A DNA stretch of 64,000 bases from Candidatus Zhuqueibacterota bacterium. GTDB lineage: Bacteria > Zhuqueibacterota > Zhuqueibacteria > Thermofontimicrobiales > Thermofontimicrobiaceae. Positions 47,431-58,681 of the stretch are shown here, in pieces (position 1 is the first letter of the stretch; each line of letters opens with the position of its first letter). The notes beneath the pieces are model-generated. The model worked only from the letters and a program-made list of their open reading frames with translations, was not told where the DNA came from and did no database searches. The position numbers and the translations under genes were made by a program. The stretch lies in contig JBMOPW010000032.1 of assembly GCA_049322915.1 (NCBI GenBank), forward strand, positions 1 to 64,000, written 5' to 3'.

Positions 47431-48630
47431 ATGAACAATTCTGAGAAAATAATTTTACTGATTCACTACAGCGAAATCGGCTTGAAAAAGGGAAATCGTG
47501 GCTATTTCGAAGCGAAGCTGAAAACTAATATTTTAGAAGCACTCCACGACATTCCTGAAAAGGAATTCAAGAATGATTACGGGAGGTTCATTCTCAAACT
47601 ACCCGGCACCGCCGTTCTGAAGCATGTGATTGAGCGATTGAAAGATGTCATCGGAATTGCCTATTTCTGCGTGGGTTATTCGGGTGATTCAAACGTGGAT
47701 GCGCTAAAGGAACAAATCTTCGAAAGATTGAAGAAGGAGGACTTTTCGACTTTCCGTATTCAGACGCGCCGCGCAGACAAGAGATATCCACTCACTTCGG
47801 TTGATGTGAATAAAATCGTTGGCGCGAAGATACACACGGATCTCAATAAACCGGTGAATCTAGAAAATCCTGATTTGACGTGCAATATTGAAATATTCAA
47901 TAAACAAATATTTTTCTATTTCGATCGGTACGACGGCATTCGCGGTCTGCCTGTTGGAAGCAGCGGTCGGGTTGTCAGCCTGCTATCCTCAGGAATCGAT
48001 TCTCCGGTCGCATCGTACCGCATGATGACCCGGGGATGTCGCATCATATTTGTGCATTTTCATAGTTTCCCGTTCACGGATAAAGCATCCTATCACAACG
48101 CGATTAAACTGACCACCCAATTGATGCGCTACCAGTCATCGATTCGCCTGTACCTCGTGCCGCTGGTGAAGGTGCAGGAAGCCATTATTATGCAGGCGCC
48201 GGCAAAACTCAGGCTGATTCTCTACCGGCGAATGATGTTTCGAATTGCAGAAATCATCGCAAAAAAGGAGAAAGCCAGTGCGCTGGTGACTGGCGAGAGC
48301 GTCGGTCAGGTGGCGTCCCAGACTCTGGAGAACATATTGGCGATAAATGAAGTTGTAACGCTGCCGGTGCTGCGACCATTGATTGGGCTGGATAAGGAAT
48401 CCATTATCGCACAGGCAAAAGAAATTGATACATTTAATATTTCGATTGAACCATACGATGATTGCTGCAGTTATCTTGTGCCCAAAAATCCCGAAACAAA
48501 AGCCAGGCTCGTTGAAGTTCATGCTGCTGAAAACGGGATAGAAAACTGGAGCCGACTGATCTCCGATGCGCTTCGGGAGGCAGAGATAAAACAGCTTCAA
48601 CGTGACGAACAAATCGTGCGCGAAGAGTGA
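47431..48630 (+). CDS. thiI: tRNA 4-thiouridine synthase ThiI
   Basis: YSEIGLKKGNR, THUMP domain, LLSSGIDSPVA, TGESVGQVASQT, DDCC. Confidence 0.95.
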   Translation: MNNSEKIILLIHYSEIGLKKGNRGYFEAKLKTNILEALHDIPEKEFKNDYGRFILKLPGTAVLKHVIERLKDVIGIAYFCVGYSGDSNVDALKEQIFERLKKEDFSTFRIQTRRADKRYPLTSVDVNKIVGAKIHTDLNKPVNLENPDLTCNIEIFNKQIFFYFDRYDGIRGLPVGSSGRVVSLLSSGIDSPVASYRMMTRGCRIIFVHFHSFPFTDKASYHNAIKLTTQLMRYQSSIRLYLVPLVKVQEAIIMQAPAKLRLILYRRMMFRIAEIIAKKEKASALVTGESVGQVASQTLENILAINEVVTLPVLRPLIGLDKESIIAQAKEIDTFNISIEPYDDCCSYLVPKNPETKARLVEVHAAENGIENWSRLISDALREAEIKQLQRDEQIVREE

Positions 48631-48786
48631 TTAGAGAATCATCCTCCGGCATGTGCTGAACTGTAGAACTCTGTTCCACTTAGCAGCAATTAGCGCATCA
48701 TTAATCTTGCATTCCGGTCAGTCGTCGCGAGGCTGAAGATTATCGACACTATGTTCGAATCGATCTGTCATTACAGATTTTTGATA

Positions 48787-50202
48787 TTAAAGACCTTCCA
48801 TGGCGATAAAATAACCAAGCAATGCCATCGCAACAGCGCCCAATTCCAGTTCCCGCTCATTGACTGCTTCCAAAACATCGTTTGCAGAATGATGATAATC
48901 AAAATAGCGATGAAAATCCACCAGCAGCCCGATGGTGGTTGTTCCCAAGGGACGCAGGGGAGAGATGTCCGGTCCATCACCGCCTATCGTGAAATAATCA
49001 GCGCTGATATTTTCAAAAAGTGGCGCCAATTTTTTTACTTTCATATAGGTAGCAGAGTCGGCATTCATGGTGAAGCCCAGAGGTGTGAATCCGCCGCGAT
49101 CCGATTCAATGGCTGCAATATGACGGGGACCATGAAGTTTTACGCTATCAGCGTAGGCCGGCCCACCGCGCAGTCCAAATTCTTCGCACATAAAAAGCAC
49201 AGCCCGCAGCGTTCGTCTGGGTTTTAAATCCAGGGCTTTGATCAGCCGCAGCGCTTCGATAGCCTGAACGCAACCAGCGCCGTCATCGTGCGCGCCATGA
49301 CCAACGTCCCAGCTATCGAGATGTCCACCGACTGCAATGATTTCGTCGGGCAGTTCGCTTCCTTTAATTTCACCAATGACATTGTAGGAAATAACATCCG
49401 GTTTCGGTTCGCAGTCCAGAGCTATTCTCACAGTCACCTTTTTATCGGCACCAAGCGTTTGGCTCAATAAATTGGCATCCACAGTGCTGATAGCGGCAGC
49501 GGGAATTTTGGGAACGTGCTCGTCGTACTGCATCACCCCTGTGTGCGGAACCCTATCCAGCCGGGTTGTGACGGAACGCACCAATACTGCGACGGCCCCA
49601 ACCCTCGCTGCTTCGATGGCGCCTTGAGTTCTCTGGTCGACTGCTCCGCCGTATCCGCCGAATGTATTCATCAATCTGGGATCCATGGGGCGATTGTAAA
49701 ATACAATTTTACCCAGCGCATTTTTTCCAAGTTTTTTTACTTCTGCCAAACTCTTCACTTCCACGACCTCGGCAACGATTCCCGTTTTCGGAGTCCCCAC
49801 GCTATTGCCGAGGGCTTTTATGACAAGCGGGACCGTCCCAATGGAAGGCGAATTGATGATAGCTGCTTCCTCAACATGGCCGCGAATCCAGCGAGGCACC
49901 AGCACCGGCTGCAAATGCACATTATCAAAACCATAGTCGAGCATGACCTGTCTCGCCCATTCGACAGCCGCGGCAGCCTGGGGGGAGCCGCTCAATCGTG
50001 GACCGATCCGGGTGCATAATTCGGCCAGCATCGAATAAGCGTGACCATCCATCATGGCTGTATCGGTGATGGCCGCGGCGGTTTTCTGGTAACGATTCAT
50101 CAATCTGGCTTTAGAATATTCCTGGCAGGGAGAATGAGTCACAAACGTCATGAGGTAAAGAACTACAATGATTCCTGTAATGATGCTCTTGTGCGATTTC
50201 AT
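48787..50202 (-). CDS. M28 family metallopeptidase (carboxypeptidase Q-like), exported
   Basis: IGPRLSGS, GGHLDSWD, GAHDDGAG, EEFGL, YFDYHHS; RBS GGAG before ATG 50202, then a signal peptide. Confidence 0.9.
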   Translation of the reverse strand: MKSHKSIITGIIVVLYLMTFVTHSPCQEYSKARLMNRYQKTAAAITDTAMMDGHAYSMLAELCTRIGPRLSGSPQAAAAVEWARQVMLDYGFDNVHLQPVLVPRWIRGHVEEAAIINSPSIGTVPLVIKALGNSVGTPKTGIVAEVVEVKSLAEVKKLGKNALGKIVFYNRPMDPRLMNTFGGYGGAVDQRTQGAIEAARVGAVAVLVRSVTTRLDRVPHTGVMQYDEHVPKIPAAAISTVDANLLSQTLGADKKVTVRIALDCEPKPDVISYNVIGEIKGSELPDEIIAVGGHLDSWDVGHGAHDDGAGCVQAIEALRLIKALDLKPRRTLRAVLFMCEEFGLRGGPAYADSVKLHGPRHIAAIESDRGGFTPLGFTMNADSATYMKVKKLAPLFENISADYFTIGGDGPDISPLRPLGTTTIGLLVDFHRYFDYHHSANDVLEAVNERELELGAVAMALLGYFIAMEGL

Positions 50203-50787
50203 ATCGACTCCTTTGGTGTGAAGTATCGAACAGATTTCATGCAACCATGTGGGCCAGCGGCGCTGGAAATATAGCGAAAAACGTCTATGAAAGCAAGTCA
50301 ATTATGGTAAGCGGAGTGAGCATCAAGACCTCCGGCAACAGACCGAAGAAATGCCTTCCATATCGAAAAAATTCTTGCATTACATTATTATTTTTTTCTA
50401 TAGTCCGAAACGTTAACTCATCTTCGACAGTGGTAGTGCAAATAAAATAGAGACAACTCTCTATAATATAATTAACTAAATCAGGTTGATGAAATGCAAA
50501 CGTGTTACTACAGAATCACTCAAGCTGTATTCCTACAACAGTGGATGGTTTTTTTACATCCAGTGCGGCAAAGATCGATTGTTGGGTTTTGGTCAATTCA
50601 GTCATGAGGCTGATCGTTTTCCCTGGTGGCGAAATTCACCGAAATAGATACGATTCATTTCGTCTCGTATTCTGGACCAACTTAAATTCGTTTTGCTTTC
50701 ACAAATTATGGTAAACCCTAACGCTAGAAAACACAGGAAAATGTGGCAGCGGATCCGATCATCGCGAATATGATAATTCGGTCATAA

Positions 50788-51000
50788 TTCCAGGATGGTG
50801 TCGGCACGGCCGGCTCTGCTAATATCGGCAAGCGATATGCCATGTTCGAGGCGATTCATGGAAGCGCGCCACGAATGATTCGCGAAGGCCGTGGTCAGTA
50901 CGCTGATGCCAGCAGCCTGGTTCGCGCCGGCGAAGGAATTCGGGGATTACCTGATGGAAACAACCAAGGATCCGAAGATAAAAAACAGATGGGAAAAATC
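50788..51000 (+). pseudogene. Isocitrate/isopropylmalate dehydrogenase family remnant (C-terminal fragments)
   Basis: FQDGVGTAGSANIGKRYAMFEAIHGSAPRMIREGRGQYADASSLVRA preceded by in-frame TAA; frame change near 50930 into KEFGDYLMETTKDPKIKNRWEK. Confidence 0.8.
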
Positions 51001-51036
51001 TATTTTAATAGATGGACAAAGACTTTGCTTAATGAG

Positions 51037-51075
51037 AACGCAGATTAGAGACTTATTTTAATCTGCGTTTTTTTT
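51037..51075 (+). terminator. Intrinsic terminator
   Basis: AACGCAGATTA/TAATCTGCGTT stem plus T run. Confidence 0.8.
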
Positions 51076-51189
51076 GAACCAAAGCTGCTATATTCGATTG
51101 GATGTACCTTTATTAAAAACAACGTGATTGACTTCCAGCGAAATGCATTGAAATCACACTTTAAAATTAAAATGGCACAAGAAAAACAT

Positions 51190-51218
51190 TTGCATTTTTC
51201 AAAATAATGTAGTATAAT
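51190..51218 (+). promoter_or_regulatory. sigma70-type promoter of PFOR gene
   Basis: TTGCAT, 17 bp, TATAAT. Confidence 0.6.
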
Positions 51219-51387
51219 AAGGACTTTAATTTGAAAATCTGGGGGAAAATAAATTACATATTTATCACAGATGTTGACTCAATAGATGTTACAATGAACA
51301 TCCTTTGAATGCTATACATGTAAGTGCATTGGATGAATGATCAATTTCAGAGGAATGTTTTGTGAATTAAACAAAAGGATGGATTTT

Positions 51388-54300
51388 ATGAAAAAGTTTG
51401 CAAAAGTGACAATGGATGGAAATACTGCTGCGACCCATGTTGCCTACGCGTTCAGTGAAGTTGCAGCGATTTATCCTATTACTCCTTCGTCTGTTATGGG
51501 TGAATTGGCCGACGCCTGGGCGGCTAACAAGCGTAAAAATATTTTTGGCCAGGTTGTGGATGTGATCGAAATGCAGTCAGAAGCCGGGGCGGCTGGTGCA
51601 GTCCACGGGTCGCTTTCTGCCGGCGCGCTGACCACAACATTCACGGCGTCTCAGGGCTTGATGCTCATGCTACCCAATATGCATAAAATCGCCGGCGAAA
51701 TGCTGCCCACTGTTTTTCACGTCTCGGCTCGCTCCCTTGCCTGCCAATCGTTATCGATTTTCGGCGATCATTCGGATGTGATGTCGGCTCGAAATACAGG
51801 GTACGCGCTGGTTGCCGCCAGTTCCGTGCAGGAAGTGATGGACCTGGCGGTCGTTTCACATTTAGCTACGTTAAAAACAAAAGTGCCTTTTCTCAATTTC
51901 TTCGATGGGTTCAGAACGTCGAGTGAAGTTCAGAAAATTGAGGAAATAGATTATGACACATTAGCTGAAATGCTGGACATGCAGTATGTTTTGGATTTCA
52001 GAGGCCGCGCATTGAATCCGGAAAATCCCAGGGTGAAAGTGGGCGCCCAAAATCCGGATGTCTATTTTCAAGGAAGAGAAACCGTGAATTCCTATTATAC
52101 CGCAACGCCGGGAATTGTCCAGGAATATATGGATTTGCTGGCGACAAAAATCGATCGGAAATATCATCTGTTCGATTATGTCGGTCATCCGGAGGCCGAC
52201 AGAATTATTATTGCCATGGGAAGCGGCTGCGATACGATTGAAGAGACAATAAATTACCTCAATAAAAACGGGCAGAAATTGGGGTTGATAAAAATTCGTT
52301 TGTTCCGTCCGTTCTCGATTGAACATTTCATCCAGGCCATTCCGGCTTCTGTGAAGAAAATCGCGGTGTTGGACCGAACAAAAGAGCCTGGTTCAATCGG
52401 AGAGCCGCTCTACATGGATGTGGTCACTGCACTGAAAGATAAAAAGAACATCTCCATCATCGGCGGTCGGTATGGGCTTTCTTCCAAAGAATTTACGCCA
52501 TCCATGGTGAAAGCAGTCTATGATCACCTGAACGGTAAAAATACTCATGGCTTCACCGTGGGAATTACAGATGATGTCACCCACACATCTCTGGAAATTA
52601 AGGAAAAGATCAACACCATTCCTGATGGAACCATTAGCTGTAAATTTTGGGGATTGGGTTCTGATGGTACGGTCGGTGCGAATAAAAACTCGATCAAAAT
52701 CATCGGCGATAACACCGAAATGTATGCGCAGGGTTATTTCCAATACGACTCCAAAAAATCGGGCGGCATCACGCGGAGCCATTTACGATTCGGGAAATCA
52801 CCAATTCAGTCACCGTACCTGGTTGAACACGCCGATTTTATCGCTTGCCACAATCCGGCGTTTGTCGGACGGTATGATTTATTAGAGGGGATTAAAGATA
52901 ATGGCATCTTCCTTCTGAACTCGTCCTGGTTGAAAGAGGAAGTCTTTGAAAATCTGACCAAAGACATGCAAGCAACCATTATCGAAAAGAAAATACGAGT
53001 GTATAATATCAATGCGCTGGAGATTGCCGAAAGCGTTGGGCTGGGCAATAGAATAAACTCGGTGATGCAGACAGCGTTCTTTTTAATTTCCGGCGTGCTG
53101 GAGCGAAAGCAGGCGATCCAAATGATCAAGGAAGCAATTAAAAAGACGTATGGAAAGCGCGGCGAAGAAATAGTAAAAATGAACTGGGACGCTGTTGATA
53201 AAACCGATGAAGCATTGGTGGAAGTGAATATCCCGGCCAAATTACCCGAGAAAAGTATGGTCGCCAAGAAGCTGGTTCCGGAAGATTCCGATGTCTTCAC
53301 GAAAAATGTCATCGAAAAAATCATGCGGGAAAAAGGAGACGAAATACCGGTCTCGCACATGCCGCTTGATGGGTATGTTCCAACAGGCACGGCTGCGCTG
53401 GAGAAGCGAGGTGTATCTCCAATTATTCCGCACTGGATATCTGAAAATTGTATTCAATGCAATCAATGTTCGTTTGTCTGTCCTCATGCAGCAATCCGCT
53501 CCAAGTTGATTGACAGAGACTTGCTGAAATCAGCCCCGAAATCCTTCACCACATTAAAGGCGCTGGGTAGAGATGGCGATAAATATAACTATAAAATTCA
53601 GGTCTACCCGGATGATTGTCAGGGATGCCAGGTATGCGTGAACGAATGTCCAAAGGGCGCTTTGGTAATGAAAAATGCCGAAGATGAAAAAGCTGCCGGT
53701 GAGGCGGATAACCAGAGATTCTTCGAATCCCTGCCCTACGATGTTCTCAGCGATATGGTGAAAGAAGCTTCGGTGAAGGGGAGCCAGTTCAAACAACCGC
53801 TGCTTGAGTTTTCAGGCGCATGCGCTGGTTGCGGTGAAACGCCTTATGTAAAGCTGATCACGCAGCTTTACGGTGATCGAATGATTATCGCCAATGCTAC
53901 TGGCTGTTCATCGATCTGGGGCGCGACTTTCCCGACGATTCCCTATACCAAAAATAAGGATGGACACGGACCGGCCTGGGCCAATTCATTGTTCGAAGAC
54001 AATGCCGAATACGGTTTCGGAATGCGTTTGGCCGTTGATTCAAATAGAAAACAGCTATTGATCAATGTGGATAAGGCGTTGGAATTGGGCGTGACTGGCG
54101 ATTTGAAAAGCGCTCTTGAAAAAGCGAAAACACTCTGGAAAGAAACGACTGGCGAAGCCAAAGCCAATTCTAAAAAGGTGAAAGAGCTGTTGCCTGGAGC
54201 AATTAAAAACGCGAATGCTGAGTTATTGAAGGCATTGAAAAACATCGAATCCCTGAGCAGCTATTTTATTGATAAAAGCGTCTGGTCTTTTGGCGGCGAT

Positions 54301-54915
54301 GGCTGGGCTTACGATATTGGCTACGGTGGTCTGGATCATGTGTTGGCGACTGGCCGCAATGTCAATATACTGGTGTTGGACACAGAGGTTTACTCCAATA
54401 CCGGCGGCCAGGCTTCGAAAGCAACGCCGTTGGGTTCTGTGGCGAAATTTGCTGAATCTGGTAAAAAGACCGGGAAAAAGGACCTTGGCTTGATGATGAT
54501 GAGCTATGGCTATATTTATGTTGCCTCCGTTTCTATGGGCGCTAATAAAAATCAGTTTGTGAAAGCGGTTGTCGAAGCGGAACAATACGAAGGCCCGTCG
54601 ATTATCATTGCGTACGCACCGTGTATCAATCATGGAATAAATATGGCGCACGCCGGGCTGGAGGAAAAGAAAGCGGTCGACAGCGGCTACTGGATGCTGT
54701 ACCGATATAATCCGCAGTTGAAAAAAGAAGGCAAGAATCCATTTACACTGGATTCCAAAGAACCTTCTGTCGCTGTCAAAGAATTCCTGAAGGGTGAAAA
54801 ACGATATACATCGTTGTATCAAACATTCCCTGAGATGGTCGATGGCTACTGGGAAGAGTTCGCTGCGATGGTGAAAAGTCGTTATGAATTCTATAAAAAA
54901 ATGGCTGAAAAGTAA
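51388..54915 (+). CDS. nifJ: Pyruvate:ferredoxin/flavodoxin oxidoreductase
   Basis: AIYPITPSS, EMQSEAGAAG, GLGSDGTVGANK, two 4Fe-4S motifs, FSGACAGCGE, GGDGWAYDIG. Confidence 0.97.
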   Translation: MKKFAKVTMDGNTAATHVAYAFSEVAAIYPITPSSVMGELADAWAANKRKNIFGQVVDVIEMQSEAGAAGAVHGSLSAGALTTTFTASQGLMLMLPNMHKIAGEMLPTVFHVSARSLACQSLSIFGDHSDVMSARNTGYALVAASSVQEVMDLAVVSHLATLKTKVPFLNFFDGFRTSSEVQKIEEIDYDTLAEMLDMQYVLDFRGRALNPENPRVKVGAQNPDVYFQGRETVNSYYTATPGIVQEYMDLLATKIDRKYHLFDYVGHPEADRIIIAMGSGCDTIEETINYLNKNGQKLGLIKIRLFRPFSIEHFIQAIPASVKKIAVLDRTKEPGSIGEPLYMDVVTALKDKKNISIIGGRYGLSSKEFTPSMVKAVYDHLNGKNTHGFTVGITDDVTHTSLEIKEKINTIPDGTISCKFWGLGSDGTVGANKNSIKIIGDNTEMYAQGYFQYDSKKSGGITRSHLRFGKSPIQSPYLVEHADFIACHNPAFVGRYDLLEGIKDNGIFLLNSSWLKEEVFENLTKDMQATIIEKKIRVYNINALEIAESVGLGNRINSVMQTAFFLISGVLERKQAIQMIKEAIKKTYGKRGEEIVKMNWDAVDKTDEALVEVNIPAKLPEKSMVAKKLVPEDSDVFTKNVIEKIMREKGDEIPVSHMPLDGYVPTGTAALEKRGVSPIIPHWISENCIQCNQCSFVCPHAAIRSKLIDRDLLKSAPKSFTTLKALGRDGDKYNYKIQVYPDDCQGCQVCVNECPKGALVMKNAEDEKAAGEADNQRFFESLPYDVLSDMVKEASVKGSQFKQPLLEFSGACAGCGETPYVKLITQLYGDRMIIANATGCSSIWGATFPTIPYTKNKDGHGPAWANSLFEDNAEYGFGMRLAVDSNRKQLLINVDKALELGVTGDLKSALEKAKTLWKETTGEAKANSKKVKELLPGAIKNANAELLKALKNIESLSSYFIDKSVWSFGGDGWAYDIGYGGLDHVLATGRNVNILVLDTEVYSNTGGQASKATPLGSVAKFAESGKKTGKKDLGLMMMSYGYIYVASVSMGANKNQFVKAVVEAEQYEGPSIIIAYAPCINHGINMAHAGLEEKKAVDSGYWMLYRYNPQLKKEGKNPFTLDSKEPSVAVKEFLKGEKRYTSLYQTFPEMVDGYWEEFAAMVKSRYEFYKKMAEK

Positions 54916-54943
54916 ATCATGTTCGAAAAAGTAATTTGCAGTG

Positions 54944-54975
54944 AAAAAAAGGCAGAATATCTTTCTGCCTTTTTT
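54944..54975. terminator. Intrinsic terminator (A and T flanks, possibly bidirectional)
   Basis: AAAAAAGGCAGAA-TATCT-TTCTGCCTTTTTT. Confidence 0.85.
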
Positions 54976-54976
54976 C

Positions 54977-55005
54977 TTGCTTAATTTGAAATTTTATTGT
55001 ATAAT
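54977..55005 (+). promoter_or_regulatory. sigma70-type promoter of obgE operon
   Basis: TTGCTT, 17 bp, TATAAT. Confidence 0.6.
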
Positions 55006-55051
55006 ACCAGCCACTGTAATTTACGAACTGCGTCATGAATTGCTGAGGTGA

Positions 55052-56050
<999 letters not shown>

Positions 56051-56092
56051 CTCAGTCACTGTTGATATAAAAAAAATCGGAATGATTGAAGC

Positions 56093-57193
56093 ATGTTTAT
56101 TGATCTGGAATATTTGCTCAATTTATCTGCGGTGCCGGGAGTGGGCCCGACGCGAATTCGCGCGTTGGTGGCTCATTTTAAAAACGTGGAAGATATTTTT
56201 AAATCGTCCTCCAAAGTTTTGTGCGAAGTGGACGGCATTGATATCAAAACCGCGCATCATATTCGCGAGTATTCCGATTTTCAGTTCGGCGAGCAGCAGG
56301 TAAAAAAAGCAAGCCAGATCGACGTCGAAATCATCACCTTCTGGGACAGTCGCTTTCCAGAAAATTTGAAAAAGATTTATGACCCGCCTGCCTTTATTTT
56401 CGTAAAAGGCGAATTGACCGCCAACGACCGATTTGCCATCGGCATGGTAGGGACTCGGCTTCCCAGTTCATACGGGAAAATTATTGCGGAAAAATTTTCA
56501 AAGGAACTTGCGCAGAAAGGTCTGACCATTGTGAGCGGATTGGCCCGGGGAATTGATACGACCTGCCACTGGGCTGCGCTTCAATCAGGAGGAAGGACGT
56601 TTGCAGTGCTCGGTTCAGGTATTGATATGCTTTACCCTGCAGAAAATTCCAGATTGGCTGAAAAGATACCGTCGCAGGGTGCGTTGATTTCCGAGTTCTG
56701 TCTGGGCACAGGGCCGGATGCAGTGAATTTTCCAAGAAGGAATCGAATCATCGCCGGGCTGTCATTGGGGACTGTGGTGATTGAAGCCGGCATCCGAAGC
56801 GGCGCGTTGCTCACGGCAAATTACGCGCTGGAACAGAATCGTGAAATTTTTGCGGTGCCGGGTAATATCAATAGTCCCAAAAGTTACGGCGCGAATCAGC
56901 TCATCAAAGAGGGAGCAAAACTGGTCACGTCGATTGAGGATATCCTTGACGAGCTTGCGCCTCAACTGAAGCATTTGCTCAATAGAGGGGATGAGGATAG
57001 CCGGGAAAAATTAATCGATCTGTCTGAACCTGAAAGAACATTGTTAGGGTTATTGTCTCATGAGCCGATTCATATCGATAAATTATCGCAGCTCATGGGA
57101 AAGTCCACAGCAGAGACGTTATCGCTTTTGCTCCCCCTCGAATTCAAGGATTTGGTCAAGCAACTCCCAGGCAAAATGTTCGTCAAAGCGTGA
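56093..57193 (+). CDS. dprA: DNA-processing protein DprA
   Basis: VGTR, IVSGLARGID, NFPRRNRIIAG, SGALLTA, FAVPGNI, LIKEGAKLV. Confidence 0.96.
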   Translation: MFIDLEYLLNLSAVPGVGPTRIRALVAHFKNVEDIFKSSSKVLCEVDGIDIKTAHHIREYSDFQFGEQQVKKASQIDVEIITFWDSRFPENLKKIYDPPAFIFVKGELTANDRFAIGMVGTRLPSSYGKIIAEKFSKELAQKGLTIVSGLARGIDTTCHWAALQSGGRTFAVLGSGIDMLYPAENSRLAEKIPSQGALISEFCLGTGPDAVNFPRRNRIIAGLSLGTVVIEAGIRSGALLTANYALEQNREIFAVPGNINSPKSYGANQLIKEGAKLVTSIEDILDELAPQLKHLLNRGDEDSREKLIDLSEPERTLLGLLSHEPIHIDKLSQLMGKSTAETLSLLLPLEFKDLVKQLPGKMFVKA

Positions 57194-57205
57194 AAGCATG
57201 AAAAA

Positions 57206-58387
57206 TTGAAAAGCCCTTCGAATAATTCTGTCCAGAGGAATCCGAAAAAATCATCGCCGTCTCCGCATCCAGGCGTTGTTTCGTTGGTTGCATGCGACAC
57301 CTACGATGAGAAGACTATCGATGCCGCGGTGCAGGCTTCCCTGAAATATATTACCGTGCTGGAGCAATTGGTCGCGCCGGGGACTCGTGTCCATATTAAA
57401 CCGAATCTGCTCACAGCGAAAACGCCGGATAAAGCAGCGACAACGCATCCGACAATTGTCCGATCGATAGTGAATATCCTTCATTCATTGGGTGCAACGG
57501 TGACAATCGGAGATAGCCCGGCAGGCAAGTCGCGCCCAATTCAGGAATACTGGGAAAAGACAGGGATGGCTGAGATTGCAGAGCAGACCGGGGCAACGCT
57601 GATTCAGTTCGAAAAAAATGGGGTTCAGCAATTCGATGTAAATCGGCGTATGTATTTCATTGCAAAAGCGGTGGCAGATGCAGATGTGGTCGTCAATGTA
57701 AGCAAAATGAAAACGCACAATCTGACGCTCTTCACAGGTGCGATAAAAAATATGTTCGGTTCGATTCCGGGATTTCGAAAGAGCGAGTATCACAAACAGG
57801 CGCACAAAGCGCGGGATTTCTCCCGCATTATTGTTGATATCTTTAGTGCGATACGACCCCAAATAAATATTATGGACGCTGTCGATATTATGGAGGGAGC
57901 AGGTCCATCTGCGGGGACAGTCAATCACCTCGGTCTTATTTTAGCGAGCACGGATGCAGTTGCGCTGGACGCGGTCGCTGCCCATCTGATGGGATTTGAG
58001 GATGGCGAAATTTTTACAACACAATACGCCTATGAAGCAGGCCTGGGAGAGAAGAATCTCGAAAAGATAACCATCCAGGGCGAATCGTTGCAGAAATATT
58101 CTGGCCGGGTATTTGCTCTCCCTACCAATCGGTACACGAATTACGTGCCTTCGGTAGTAGTGAAGGTATTGGGAAAGTTGATCTGGGTGCGTCCCCGGCC
58201 GGATGAAAATAAATGTCAGCGTTGCGGCGCTTGTATTGCCATTTGTCCGACGCGAGCCATGTCATCTGACAGTGGGTTTCCAATCATCGATTACAAAAAA
58301 TGCATCAGTTGCTTTTGCTGTGATGAAGCCTGTCCCCACAATGCAATTGAACAGAGAGCGAGCTGGCTGGTTAGAAAAATCCAGTAG
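57206..58387 (+). CDS. DUF362 protein with C-terminal 2x[4Fe-4S] domain
   Basis: IKPNLL, TTHP, KMKTH, GAIKNMFG, MEGAGP; two CxxCxxCxxxCP motifs; start uncertain. Confidence 0.85.
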   Translation: MKSPSNNSVQRNPKKSSPSPHPGVVSLVACDTYDEKTIDAAVQASLKYITVLEQLVAPGTRVHIKPNLLTAKTPDKAATTHPTIVRSIVNILHSLGATVTIGDSPAGKSRPIQEYWEKTGMAEIAEQTGATLIQFEKNGVQQFDVNRRMYFIAKAVADADVVVNVSKMKTHNLTLFTGAIKNMFGSIPGFRKSEYHKQAHKARDFSRIIVDIFSAIRPQINIMDAVDIMEGAGPSAGTVNHLGLILASTDAVALDAVAAHLMGFEDGEIFTTQYAYEAGLGEKNLEKITIQGESLQKYSGRVFALPTNRYTNYVPSVVVKVLGKLIWVRPRPDENKCQRCGACIAICPTRAMSSDSGFPIIDYKKCISCFCCDEACPHNAIEQRASWLVRKIQ

Positions 58388-58413
58388 ATAGAAAAAATTA
58401 GGCAAAAAAAATA

Positions 58414-58444
58414 TTGACTAAGATAGTAAAAATTTGTATATTTG
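58414..58444 (+). promoter_or_regulatory. sigma70-type promoter of tRNA-Ser/gltX operon
   Basis: TTGACT (58414-58419), 17 bp, TATATT(TG), just upstream of tRNA-Ser. Confidence 0.65.
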
Positions 58445-58451
58445 CATTCCC

Positions 58452-58535
58452 GGAGGACTAGACCTAATTGGCAAGGCAGCGGTCTTGAAAACCGCCGCGC
58501 GCAAGCGCATGGGGGTTCGAGTCCCTCGTCCTCCG
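58452..58535 (+). tRNA. tRNA-Ser(TGA)
   Basis: Acceptor GGAGGAC/GTCCTCC, loop CTTGAAA, long variable arm, GTTCGAGTC. Confidence 0.93.
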
Positions 58536-58544
58536 CATGCAAAA

Positions 58545-58637
<93 letters not shown>

Positions 58638-58681
58638 GTGTCATACTGGCAATAACAGACTGCCATGAGAATTGTGAAAGT

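Noticed and set aside
50502..50714. 70-aa ORF upstream of the icd remnant
   Set aside because: No clear RBS or recognisable motif; likely decayed sequence.
51360..51377. Rex operator before PFOR (TTGTGAATTAAACAA)
   Set aside because: Only the left half-site matches; spacing and right arm do not fit TTGTGAA-N4-TTCACAA.
44279..54822. Long antisense ORFs (e.g. 44279-44893, 52806-53390, 54223-54822)
   Set aside because: Shadow frames opposite well-conserved metH and nifJ, with no motifs or RBS.
58452..58535. Possible selenocysteine/suppressor tRNA
   Set aside because: The anticodon is TGA (reads UCA, Ser), not TCA, and the acceptor stem is the normal 7 bp.
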